In this document: positions 18,511-28,615 of the stretch, piece by piece
How the letters are laid out: each line of letters opens with the position of its first letter
How positions within the stretch are numbered: position 1 is the first letter of the stretch
Notes under the pieces: generated by a model
What the model saw: the letters and a program-made list of their open reading frames with translations, nothing else
The model's database searches: none
What the model was told of the DNA's origin: nothing
Made by a program: the position numbers and the translations under genes
Origin: an uncultured Gemmataceae bacterium
GTDB lineage: Bacteria; Planctomycetota; Planctomycetia; Gemmatales; Gemmataceae
Reading direction: 5' to 3'
Assembly (NCBI GenBank): GCA_963701675.1
Contig: OY969623.1
Location: 6,450,599 to 6,514,598 of the forward strand
DNA: 64,000 bases

Positions 18511-19437
18511 ATGAATCGCTTTTCCCGCGTAGGGGCAGTGCTGGGTCTATTTCTTTTGACCGTAAGTGTCGGGGCCGACGACAAGCCACAGGCCACCGAC
18601 AAGCCGAAGGAAGCGCCGGCCGCGGAAGATAAGGTGATCCGCGAAAAGTCCAAGGCGTATCTTGACGCATTTAATCGCGGCGACGCTGCCGCGCTGGCCG
18701 CTCATTACGCCAAGGACGCCGAAGTCGTAGACCGTGCCGGGAAGGTCACTCGCGGACGGGAAGCCATTCAAAAAGAGTTGGAGTCTTTTTTCAGTAAGAA
18801 CAAGGGCGTCAAGGTCGAGCAGAGTTGCGATGCGGTCCGCCAGGTGACACCCGACGTCATCATTGAACGCGGCTGCATCACGATGAACCCCTCTAATGCG
18901 CCTCCGATTCATAACCGTTACACCGCCGTGATCGTCAGACGCGACGGCCAATGGTTGATCGAGAACCTGCGCACCACGGAGGACGCGGCCGCGTCCGCGG
19001 ACGGTGGTCCGCTCCATCAACTCGATTGGCTCATCGGCGAATGGGTCGAAGCGGATGACAAGTCGGTGATTCATACCATTGCCGAGTGGACTCCGGGAAA
19101 GAAGTTCATTTTCCGCACGTACTCGATCTACCTCAAAGATCGAGTGGATGCGCAAGGAACGGAAGTCATAGGCTGGGACGCGGCGAACAAGTCGATTCGC
19201 TCTTGGGTGTTCGAATCGGACGGCGATTTCGGCGAACGGGCGTGGAGCAAGAAGGACGATCGTTGGGTCGTCAAATGCACCGGAACCTTGGCGGACGGCA
19301 AAAAGATGTCGTCCGTGAACATCATCCGGCCCATCGATCCGAATCGCATCGGCTTTCAATCGACGGCACGCGATTTCGGCGGCAGACTCGAACCCAACAC
19401 GGAGGAGATCATCGTCGTTCGGAAGCAACCCAAGTAG
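18511..19437 (+). CDS. secreted SnoaL-like / DUF4440 (NTF2-fold) domain protein
   Basis: Signal peptide; 'YLDAFNRGDAAALAAHYAKDAEVVD' is the typical NTF2-like opening. Confidence 0.5.
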   Translation: MNRFSRVGAVLGLFLLTVSVGADDKPQATDKPKEAPAAEDKVIREKSKAYLDAFNRGDAAALAAHYAKDAEVVDRAGKVTRGREAIQKELESFFSKNKGVKVEQSCDAVRQVTPDVIIERGCITMNPSNAPPIHNRYTAVIVRRDGQWLIENLRTTEDAAASADGGPLHQLDWLIGEWVEADDKSVIHTIAEWTPGKKFIFRTYSIYLKDRVDAQGTEVIGWDAANKSIRSWVFESDGDFGERAWSKKDDRWVVKCTGTLADGKKMSSVNIIRPIDPNRIGFQSTARDFGGRLEPNTEEIIVVRKQPK

Positions 19438-19465
19438 CCACCCACTCCGTCGTTGAGCGAAGCCG

Positions 19466-20563
19466 ATGAAAAAGCACTTACTCATCCTCGCGGCCGCGGT
19501 TGGCTGCCTCTTCGTACTTTCCGTTTCCGAATCGGCGGCGTGGTGGCCGGTCGACGGCGGCTGGGGATTCTGGCCGGGCGGCGCCTGGCCAAATTCCAGC
19601 GGTTCCATGGGGCGGCAGTCATATCGCGCCGAAGAAGACACGTTGCGCACTGAAGGGATCCAGCGCGCAAACCAACAGGCGCAGCAACTCCGCGGGGATC
19701 AACAATCGGACGCGGCTCGGCAGGCCGCGTCCATGCAACAATGGTCAGCCGTCGTCGGCCGAAATCGACAACTCCAATCGGGAGTCGATGCCGCGGTGAA
19801 ATACGACCAAATGAAGCAGGAATACCTGGCGGAACGTGATCGGCCGGTGGCGCCGGACGAGCAAATGAAACGGCACAAAACCTGGGCCGAGAGCATCCGC
19901 CGGCAGGTACGCGTCGGCTATGCCGATCTGTTCACGCCCAATTGGATGGACAACCATCCCGTACTCGATGCGCGAGTCGAGTTTCGCAACGGCAATCCCT
20001 ATCACTGGTGGAATCCGGCCACGTGGCAATCGGTGACAGGCTGGGTGACAGGAAGTTGGGGCGAACCGACGCCGTATTACTTTGGCCACAATGTGATCGA
20101 GAAGGACGGCGTTATTTATCTCGACGGGAAGCAGCTCGCGGGGGCTGCCGATTTCGCCGCCCATGCGATTGCCATCGCTTCCGCCGGCGTGCAAGCCATG
20201 GCGGCCCCGCCCGACCAACGGCGGCAAATGCAATGGCACCCGCTAGGAGTCTACGCGCTATCGCAGGATGACAAAGGGGCGCCGACTATGTTCATTCAAC
20301 TCGCAGTCGACAAAAACGGCGTCATTGCCGGCACCTACTATAACGACGCCACCGAACAGACCCAGGCAATCCAGGGGGCAGTGGACCGCAATTCGAGCCG
20401 GGCCGCCTGGTCGGTCGCGGACCATAAAGACACCGTGGTCGAGGCCGGTGTCTTCAACCTCACGCAGGATGAATTACCCGTACTCGTCCATTTCGGCACG
20501 GATCGGACTCAACGCTGGTTGCTTACCCGGCTCTTTTCTCCGCGCGGCACACCTGCACCGTAG
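19466..20563 (+). CDS. secreted hypothetical protein (Trp/Gly-rich N-terminus)
   Basis: Signal peptide MKKHLLILAAAVGCLFVLSVSESAA; no known motif. Confidence 0.45.
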   Translation: MKKHLLILAAAVGCLFVLSVSESAAWWPVDGGWGFWPGGAWPNSSGSMGRQSYRAEEDTLRTEGIQRANQQAQQLRGDQQSDAARQAASMQQWSAVVGRNRQLQSGVDAAVKYDQMKQEYLAERDRPVAPDEQMKRHKTWAESIRRQVRVGYADLFTPNWMDNHPVLDARVEFRNGNPYHWWNPATWQSVTGWVTGSWGEPTPYYFGHNVIEKDGVIYLDGKQLAGAADFAAHAIAIASAGVQAMAAPPDQRRQMQWHPLGVYALSQDDKGAPTMFIQLAVDKNGVIAGTYYNDATEQTQAIQGAVDRNSSRAAWSVADHKDTVVEAGVFNLTQDELPVLVHFGTDRTQRWLLTRLFSPRGTPAP

Positions 20564-20566
20564 TGC

Positions 20567-21604
20567 TTACGTGGATTCTCGGCCTGCCTCCTCAGGGACA
20601 ATGTTCACCGTAAGTTTCTGCGGATAGCGCACGAGAGTCAGCGGGGTGGCCACTCCGAGTTGTTTATCGGTCAGCAGTTTGTGCAGCGTGTCGATGTTCG
20701 GCACATCGTTGCCGTCGAAGCCGATAATGACGTCGCCGCGCAGAATCCCGGCTCGCTGAGCGGGGCTGGAAGGTTCGACGGATTCCACGCGTATGCCGGT
20801 TTCAACGGGCAGGTTGAAGAATCGGATCAGGCTTCGGGGCAAGGGGGCGTTCTGTCCCGCAATTCCCAGGTAGCCGCGACGAATTTTCCCATCCTTGATC
20901 AGCCGTCCCGCCACGAACTTGGCCGTGTTTATGGCGAGCGCAAAGCTCAAGCCTTGCGCCGGTAGAATCACCGCGGTGTTGACTCCGATCACTTCACCGC
21001 GCGAATTCAGAAGCGGTCCGCCGGAGTTTCCGGGATTCAGGGCCGCATCGGTCTGAATGACGTTGTCGATTAGCCGTCCCGTGCGCGAGCGCAGCGTTCG
21101 TCCGAGAGCGCTAACAACGCCGGCGGTTACCGTGAACTGAAAGCCGAATGGGTTGCCAATGGCGATCGCCAGTTGTCCGGGACGAACCTGGTCGGAATCG
21201 CCCAACGTGACGGCCGACAGGTCCGATGCCGTGATCCGAACGATGGCGAGATCGGTCTCGGGATCGTCCCCGATAAGATCGGCCGGGTATTTTCGGCCAT
21301 CGATCAGCGACACGTTAATCCGGTCGGCGCGGTGCACCACATGGCTATTTGTCAAAATGAACCCGTCCGGAGTAAACAGGAAACCCCAACCGCTGCCTTG
21401 CCCGCCGCCGCGCTGCGGGCCATGCCGTCCACGCGGCGAATGATGCACGTCCAAGTTCACGACCGACCGACTGACGGCTTCGGCGGCACGGGCCACGGCT
21501 TCCGAATAGGCGTCGAGAAGCGGCGCATCCGACGGCGGCGGCTTCGGCGTGTCGAATTCCGGCGTGTTTTCGTCCCCAGCGATTTCTTTCGTAAGTAGTC
21601 TCAT
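20567..21604 (-). CDS. HtrA/DegP-family trypsin-like serine protease with a PDZ domain
   Basis: TNSHVV (His), D, GNSGGPLLN (Ser) catalytic triad context; C-terminal PDZ. Confidence 0.8.
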   Translation of the reverse strand: MRLLTKEIAGDENTPEFDTPKPPPSDAPLLDAYSEAVARAAEAVSRSVVNLDVHHSPRGRHGPQRGGGQGSGWGFLFTPDGFILTNSHVVHRADRINVSLIDGRKYPADLIGDDPETDLAIVRITASDLSAVTLGDSDQVRPGQLAIAIGNPFGFQFTVTAGVVSALGRTLRSRTGRLIDNVIQTDAALNPGNSGGPLLNSRGEVIGVNTAVILPAQGLSFALAINTAKFVAGRLIKDGKIRRGYLGIAGQNAPLPRSLIRFFNLPVETGIRVESVEPSSPAQRAGILRGDVIIGFDGNDVPNIDTLHKLLTDKQLGVATPLTLVRYPQKLTVNIVPEEAGREST

Positions 21605-21817
21605 GGCATTACCTTAGATTGTCCTAAACGTCGGCGGGATTCCGAGCTGCACGCAGTGGCACGGCACCGCCCCTACTTGATCCTACCGTGCACAGTCAAG
21701 TGCGATGGCGGGAGCGTATTGTGTCAGATGGGTTGCCTTGCGCCTGTCACTTTTACACACACACCGTGGATGTGACGATGGCAGTCCGTGGCCACTTGGC
21801 GACGCCCGGCCATTGGC

Positions 21818-23221
21818 CTAGACATCCCCGTTGTTGATGGTGCCGGCGACAACCTGAGAGCCGGCGGAGGAGAAGACTGTTGATGCCAGGGAGGGACGCT
21901 GCACGACCATGGGAATTCCGTGTTTCGGCCGCAATGTTATGGATGCGATTAGCTCGACCGGCCGATCCGACACGAGTCGCAGCCGAAAGCGCTGCATGAC
22001 CGTTGCCAGGATGAGAACCGTCTCCATCATCGCGAAGTGATTGCCGATACAGATGCGCGGACCGTCGCCGAAGGGGAAATATGCGCAACGGGGGATGCGG
22101 CGAGCGAGATCGTTGTCCCAGCGTTCGGGCCGGAAACTCTCCGGATCGTCGAACCAGCGCGAATCACGATGAGCGACAAATTGCACGAGCTGAATTTGGG
22201 TGCCTTTCGGGACGTGGTAACCGCCGATCTTGCAGTCGGCTATGGGCTCACGTCCAATGCCCCACGCCGGTGGGTAGAGCCGCATGGTTTCCTTAATGAC
22301 CCATTCGGTGTAGCGGAGCCTGGGAACGTCGTCGGCGGTCGCGGCTCGGCCGGCCAAGACCTCGTTCACTTCGGCTGCCAGCGTCGATTCCACATCGGGA
22401 TTCCGGGCGAGTAAGTAGAAACAGTACGACATTGCCAGGGCCGTTGTTTCGTGTCCCGCGAGGAACAACGTCATGATCTCGTCGCGGACCTGGCGGTCCG
22501 TCATTTCTTTGCCGTTCTCGTCACGGAGCGTCAACAGGCGTGTGAGAAAGTCATCCGGCCGTTCCGACATGGCCCGACGTTGTCGAATCATCCGATAGAC
22601 AACTTCGTCCAGTTGTCGAATGGCGCGATGGAATCGCCAAAGTCCTGGCGTGGGCAGCCAGGGACCGAAACGGGTGTAGCTTAACGGGTGGGTGAGGTGT
22701 TTCATCGCCTCTTCCAACGCCGCTCCAACCGTTGCGGAATCGTCGGCGACTTCGGAGCTGAAAAGTGCGCGTGACACCACATCGAGCGTTAGGCGCATCA
22801 TCTGTGGATGAACGTCGAAGGTGTCGCCGTCTCTCCAGGTGTCCAACATGCGCTGCGCCGCGTTTACCATTAGGCTGCCGTACTTTTGCAATTGATTGAC
22901 CTGGAAAGCGGGCTGTGCCAATTGACGTTGAAGACGCCAACTTTCGCCTTCATTGGTAAGCAGCCCTTGCCCGAGCAGCCGGGACACCTGGTGAGTGAAG
23001 AAATCCTTGGTGAAGTTACGATGATGGGTGCGAAGGACATACTCGATATGGTCGGGATGAGTCAGCGTGTAGATCGGCGTGCCAAGCAGGTTCATCTGGA
23101 AGATGTCGCCGTACTCACGGGCACAACGGATGATGAAGCCGAGTGGATCTTTCCCATACGGAAACGTGTTGCCGAAGAACCATAGGCCTTTGGGACCCGG
23201 CGGGAGCTTCGTGTTCGACAT
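21818..23221 (-). CDS. cytochrome P450
   Basis: Heme-binding loop FPFGDGPRICIGNHFA; ETMRLYPP (ExxR and PERW-like region). Confidence 0.85.
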   Translation of the reverse strand: MSNTKLPPGPKGLWFFGNTFPYGKDPLGFIIRCAREYGDIFQMNLLGTPIYTLTHPDHIEYVLRTHHRNFTKDFFTHQVSRLLGQGLLTNEGESWRLQRQLAQPAFQVNQLQKYGSLMVNAAQRMLDTWRDGDTFDVHPQMMRLTLDVVSRALFSSEVADDSATVGAALEEAMKHLTHPLSYTRFGPWLPTPGLWRFHRAIRQLDEVVYRMIRQRRAMSERPDDFLTRLLTLRDENGKEMTDRQVRDEIMTLFLAGHETTALAMSYCFYLLARNPDVESTLAAEVNEVLAGRAATADDVPRLRYTEWVIKETMRLYPPAWGIGREPIADCKIGGYHVPKGTQIQLVQFVAHRDSRWFDDPESFRPERWDNDLARRIPRCAYFPFGDGPRICIGNHFAMMETVLILATVMQRFRLRLVSDRPVELIASITLRPKHGIPMVVQRPSLASTVFSSAGSQVVAGTINNGDV

Positions 23222-23309
23222 GGTGGCTCCTTTGCCGCCCGTAAATAAACCGGGCTAAGGAACATTCTATTCGGGCCTGATGTAGGCTTGTTAGGTTGCG
23301 GAGAGCTTC

Positions 23310-24833
23310 ATGGCGGTGAAATGGGTCACATCGCGATTCTGGACCCTCGCGACCTTGGCCGTCGCGGTGTTGTACGTTGTGTTCATGGCCATGGTGGGCC
23401 GATTTCCGACGGTCGACGAAGTGTTTTTCAAATCGCCCGGGAGGGAATGGGCGGCGTCGGGAAGATTTGCAGCGCCGGAGCTAACGGGGTTGGTGTTTCT
23501 CCGAGCCACGTCGCCGCCCATTGACGAAGTCTGGGCGGTTCATCCGCCCGGCTATCCATTTCTGTTCGGGATCTTCGTCAAGGCGTTCGGTTTCGGCCCG
23601 CAGCAGTGCATCGTGTTCGATGCCGTCATTCACGCGGTTTTGGCGCTCCTCACGTACTTGCTTGCGTGTGGCATCGGCGAAGCAATTCCTCGCTGGGCCG
23701 GCTTCCTGCTCGCGCTGGCCGTCCTGCCGCTCGGCGCCTTTGGTCGGCCGGACGAACTGTCGATGTGCCTTGGAATGGCAAGCGTTTTGTTATTGTTGCA
23801 ACGATCGGCTCACCTGGCGTTCGTGCTGATCTCCGGCGGCCTCCTGGGATTGTCTGCGGCAACGTTCATGGGCCCGGCGATAATGCTCGGCATCGTCGGC
23901 GTCACCCAACTGCTGTGCCGAGGGCCGACGGTCAAGACGGCACTCGCTCGGACAGCGCTTTGGGGAATCGCCGCTGTTACGGTGCTGTGTACCGCGATAG
24001 CGCCGATAATCGTGCGACACCCGCGCGCTCTCGAACAATTCCGGGACCATGCCGAGGCACATGTCGGTTATGGCCATTTCTTCGTGCGGTTCTTTACGGG
24101 TTGGGAGTACGAGGAGTTTCATCGGTCCATAACGTTGGCATGTCTCGTGGTTATGGTCGTCGGGTTGATTTGCAGACCACGTGACCTGAATTCGCTTCGT
24201 TGGGCACGCCTATGGCTGGGCGCGGTATTCGCCCTCTTTTTTGTTGCCATATTCGTGCCGAACAAAATGTACTACTTGTGGTTTGTCGGGCCCTGGATGA
24301 TGGTCGCCGCGACGGCGACCTGGCGAGAGATTTCCGTTTCGGGCCACCCACTTCTATTGCGCGGGGCGGCGCTCGTAGTATTGTCCCTCTACGCCGTGTC
24401 GGTGTCGGCCTTCGTGCGAAACACGGCGATCATGCTGTCGCTGCCGCCGTCTCAAAGTCTGAAATCGAACACAGAAACCCTTCGTGCACTGATTCCGCCG
24501 GGCAGTCATGTGGTAACGGACCATTATTGGTGGTCGCTTGCCGAGGATCGCCGCGTGTACGATCGCTACTTCAGCCGCGTCGACGCTGCGCAGGTCGATT
24601 ACTTGATCCTAGTGGGCGATGGTTCCGGAGACGCACAGATGCTCAGCGATGTGCCGGCGATTCCTCCGCGAGAACTACAGGAACGATTCGAGCCCATTCA
24701 CAACAACGTGAACACGCAACCAATCGTGGTACTCGGAAGGTCGATTCCACGAAGTGCGTTCGGCTTTGGCACGGCCGTTTTGAAACGACGACACGAAACG
24801 CCGGATTTGGTTTCACCGAGTGCAGCGCCATGA
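23310..24833 (+). CDS. polytopic membrane protein, GT-C/PMT_2-like glycosyltransferase (ArnT/mannosyltransferase family-like)
   Basis: At least 10 hydrophobic segments; N-terminal loop 'DEVFF…PPGYPFL' resembles GT-C family 39/83. Confidence 0.45.
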   Translation: MAVKWVTSRFWTLATLAVAVLYVVFMAMVGRFPTVDEVFFKSPGREWAASGRFAAPELTGLVFLRATSPPIDEVWAVHPPGYPFLFGIFVKAFGFGPQQCIVFDAVIHAVLALLTYLLACGIGEAIPRWAGFLLALAVLPLGAFGRPDELSMCLGMASVLLLLQRSAHLAFVLISGGLLGLSAATFMGPAIMLGIVGVTQLLCRGPTVKTALARTALWGIAAVTVLCTAIAPIIVRHPRALEQFRDHAEAHVGYGHFFVRFFTGWEYEEFHRSITLACLVVMVVGLICRPRDLNSLRWARLWLGAVFALFFVAIFVPNKMYYLWFVGPWMMVAATATWREISVSGHPLLLRGAALVVLSLYAVSVSAFVRNTAIMLSLPPSQSLKSNTETLRALIPPGSHVVTDHYWWSLAEDRRVYDRYFSRVDAAQVDYLILVGDGSGDAQMLSDVPAIPPRELQERFEPIHNNVNTQPIVVLGRSIPRSAFGFGTAVLKRRHETPDLVSPSAAP

Positions 24834-24961
24834 TATGATGAGCGGGCAGGACTGCCGGATCTCCGGCAGCTCCTGGGACCTCTCCTTGTGAGGCGCAGTC
24901 GGACGGCGTCAAAAACCGCGCGGCTGCGCCTTTTTTACATTTCCAGTTTTGCGATGGCTTA

Positions 24962-27497
24962 TCAAATGTCCGCGAGAGATTTCGAGACTTGGTCGAGTTC
25001 CTTCTGCAGGGCGTCGCGCTTCTTGATCAAGTCCTCACGCTTGGCTAAGTGTTTCAGCATCAGAGCGACCGGCTTTCCGACCGGGACAAACTCGCCTTTT
25101 GCGATCTTCGCAGACAACGTTTCCCATGCCGCGGCGAGTTGCGGATCGCCGTAGTGTTCGCTAATGACTTTCGGGGTTAAGTCCGGCAACTGGACCTCGG
25201 CCGTCTTCTTTCGGCCGACGACGTCGAGATCGCGAGCTACCTTGAGCAACTTCTCCGTCTGCTTGCTGTCGAGCGGGAAGTAATAACCGTCCGTGGGATC
25301 GACACCCCATTCTTTCATCCCAGCCGACTTGTGAATGCTGCGTCCGCTGGGCAGGTGGAAATGTGCGTGGGTCAAGCGCAACGTTCCCTTTCCGGGAATG
25401 TCGTGAATCGTCTGCACGGAGCCTTTGCCGTACGATCGGGTGCCCAGAACCACGGCACGCTTGTGATCTTTGAGTGCGCCCGCGACCACCTCCGCAGCCG
25501 ATGCTGTTTGTTCGTTGATCAGAATAACCAAAGGCGCCTCGGGAACCAGAGCGGCGCCACTTGCCGAGTAGGTGTTGCCGGCATTGTTGTGGCCTTTGAT
25601 CGTCACGATGTCGCCTTGATTGACGAATTGCTCGGCGATCTGCACAGCCGTCGAAAGCATCCCACCCGGGCAGAAGCGAAGATCAATCACCAAGCCTTTC
25701 AGGCCTTTCTCCTTTAGCTGGAGGAGCAACGCGCGAAGGTCGTCCGCCGTCGTGGCTGTGAAATGAGTCACGTCGACATAAGCGATCTGTTTGTCATTGT
25801 CGATCATGAACTGCCAACGATCGTTCGCGTCACGGCGAAATCCTTTGACGCTTGGCACCTTAATTTGGGCCCGTGTGAGAGCGATCTCCTTTTCTTGGCC
25901 GTCGGCATGGCGAATCTTCAATTTCACCGTGCTCCCTTTCGGGCCGAGAATACGGTTAACGGCGGCCGGTAGCTCCAGCGCCTTCGTCGATTGGCCGTCG
26001 ATCTCCAGAACGACATCGTCGGGCTGGATGCCTGCCTCGATTGCCGGGGAGCCCTCAATCGGCGAAACAATGGTGAGTTGATTGTCCTTCAGGCGTAATT
26101 GAATGCCGACGCCGGCGAAGGTGCCCTAGGGTGCCGCGACCTAATTCCTCGAACTGTTCTGGCGTCAGGTACTCGGAGTATGGGTCGTTCAACGCTGAAA
26201 CCATGCCACGGATGGCGCCGTCGCTCAGATCCTGTTCTTTGACGTCGCGAACGTAGCTCTTCATGATGAGTGCACGAACTTCCGCGATTCGCTCGTTCTC
26301 CGCCGGGCACGGAGTAAGAACCTCCGCTGCGGCGTCCGAGTTAGCGGAGGCCGGCCGAGCGGACGCCGGCTGCAAACTGAGAGCGGAAAGGGGCAAGATC
26401 GTTGCAACGACGAGGAAAGCGCACGCAACGGCGGCACGGCGGCTCAAAGGCCGGCGGTCACGGGTCGAATCGAGAATGAGCCGTAGCCGTTGCTCGATTC
26501 TTCGCGGCCGACCCATCGCCAAGGCGACAGGGGCCGCAAAACGACTCACAGGCAAGCCGGCCGTGACCGCCAGCAAATGTTCGGCGTAGTCCGGACCGCT
26601 TGGCCCGGCATTCAGCACCATGTCGTCACACGCGCGTTCCTGCTCAGTTCGAAGTTGGCGCACGGCGATCCAAGTCATCGGATTAAACCAATAGAACGCC
26701 CGGCAAACGTGGGCAAGGAACTGAAGCATGCAATCTGCCCGGCAAATGTGCGCCAGCTCATGTAACAAAACCACGCGCACGCATTGCGGCGACCAGTTCA
26801 GCGCGTCCAGCGGCAATAAGATGACCGGCCGCTTGACACCCCAAGTCATCGGCATCGTCCGTCGCCGACTTGCCAGCAGGACAACTCGACGATTAACACC
26901 GAACCGATCCGCAAGGAGACGAACTAACGTGGTCAAAAAAGTGTCGTCCAGCGGATAACAATCACGCCGAAGCCGGCGAAGACTGATAATCCCCAGCGCA
27001 AGGGGGATGACTACCAGCGCAGCGCCTCCTAGCCAGCTCAAGAAGAGCCTGGTGGGCAGCGGCATTTCAGGCGCCGCAACCACAGCGGCCGTCGCTCGGT
27101 CCGTAAGAACCGGGGCACGGCGTTCATTCAAGTCGTTTACGAGCGGGTTCGTTCGTCGGAAATCCATGCCTTGAGAAGCGCGGGCGTCCGGGCTTACCGG
27201 CAACTCCGCAAGAGCGCCGGGCGGTGGCAGTGTTTCCTCGATCTTGATTTTCGCCCGTTGCGCCAGCCAATCCGCACGAATGGGTACGTGCCAAGTCGGC
27301 AGGATTGCCGAAAGCACGGGCAGGAAAAGGCAGCCGGTCAGTGCCGCGGACCAAATGATATGGCGGATGGCGGCGGACCTTCGGCGAAGCGCCGTTGTAA
27401 CCAGGCCGGCTATGGCCAAAAGCAACGCACCTTTCAACGATGCGTCGATCAAAATCGGCAGTCCCACTTGTGCGGCGTAGTTAATTGTGCTTCCCAC
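24962..27497 (-). pseudogene. BlaR1/MecR1-like M56 peptidase sensor fused to an S41 (CtpA/Prc-like, PDZ-containing) C-terminal processing protease; the reading frame is broken at about 26120 by a 10-bp insertion
   Basis: M56 HExxH 'VLLHELAHICRAD'; S41 'GLVIDLRFCPGGMLS', 'RSYGKGSVQ'; the junction 'ggcaccCTAGGGCACCttcgcc' introduces TAG; removing 10 nt restores '…LGRGTFAGVGIQL…'. Confidence 0.7.
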
Positions 27498-27499
27498 GT

Positions 27500-27889
27500 T
27501 TACCGTCCCTTCTTTCGTGCCTGGCTGATCAGATCGGCCAGGCGGGCGAGTTCGTCGGGAGACAAATCGGTGGCGATGTCACCGAGATGGGCGGCGACGG
27601 CCTTCTCGAGAGAGCCGTCGAAGAACGTTTCCAAGACTCGTCGAAAAGCCGATCGTCCGACATGACCGCGCGGCCGATTCGGCTGGTAGACATAGCGGAT
27701 GCCGTCCTCCTTGTGTCGAGCGTGACCCTTGGCTTCCAGAATCCGCAGCAACGTCCGGACGGCGGTGCGGCTTGGGGCATCGGGGAGATCGGCGTGAACT
27801 TCGGCGGCCGTTGCCTCACCACGTGCGTAGAGAATGTTCATGATCTGCCGCTCTCGGCGGCTGAGATGTTCCTCGAGTCGTTCCGGCAT
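27500..27889 (-). CDS. BlaI/MecI/CopY-family transcriptional repressor
   Basis: Winged-helix 'LSRRERQIMNILYARGEATAAEVHADL…SRTAVRTLLRILEAKG'; immediately upstream of, and co-oriented with, the M56 sensor gene. Confidence 0.75.
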   Translation of the reverse strand: MPERLEEHLSRRERQIMNILYARGEATAAEVHADLPDAPSRTAVRTLLRILEAKGHARHKEDGIRYVYQPNRPRGHVGRSAFRRVLETFFDGSLEKAVAAHLGDIATDLSPDELARLADLISQARKKGR

Positions 27890-28002
27890 TAGCGAAAAGT
27901 CCTGTGGAGGATGATGGAAGCAAAAACGGCCTATATGCCAAATTTTTAACCGGATCGGAGGTGGTGTCAAGCCCAACGTGCCAAGATTTTGACGCCGCTG
28001 AG

Positions 28003-28380
28003 TCACTCGCGGAACAGCACCAGGTATACCGCCATGGCCGTTCCGATGATCGACATCACGACGGCGGCCATTAATGGCAACGACCATCGCGGCGGTAAAT
28101 AGGGTTCGTTGCGATTCAGACGTTGAACGATGCGCCAATGCTCGGCCGCGGCCAGAAGATTGATCGCCACGCCGACGACCACGAGCGCCGTCCCAAACCA
28201 CAACGAAAGCCCCGGAGACTGCTGCGGCGGTTTGTGTTCGACGAGCGACAACTCACGAAGCACGAAGCTAAAACGGGCCAGAACGAAACCGAATCCCATG
28301 AGCGCCAGGCCCGTTCGAATCCACGCCAGCAGCGTTCGCTCGGAAGCGAAACGAACTCGCGGATCTTCACCTCCATCCAT
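28003..28380 (-). CDS. DUF202 (YidH-like) small membrane protein
   Basis: 'FASERTLLAWIRTGLALMGFGFVLARF' is the DUF202 signature. Confidence 0.55.
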   Translation of the reverse strand: MDGGEDPRVRFASERTLLAWIRTGLALMGFGFVLARFSFVLRELSLVEHKPPQQSPGLSLWFGTALVVVGVAINLLAAAEHWRIVQRLNRNEPYLPPRWSLPLMAAVVMSIIGTAMAVYLVLFRE

Positions 28381-28615
28381 GGCCTGATTTCCTCCCGTCC
28401 GATGCGGAATCTCTGGCACGGCCGCATCAGTTGTAACGCCCACGACACTCTCTTGGCGCTGGCGTCCCATTGTCGAGTGGCATCCCTAGTGGCTACTACC
28501 CGCGTGGTAGGCTAGGATAAACACGTCAAGTTTGCCGGCAATGGTGAGACGCTACGTAAACCATCACTCCACGTCAACGCCCCTAGCCGTGATAGCGAAA
28601 AAGCGTTTGAAATCG

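Noticed and set aside
28380-28470. N-terminal 30-aa extension of the DUF202 ORF
   Set aside because: The DUF202 signature begins right after the internal Met at 28380, and the extension is low-complexity.
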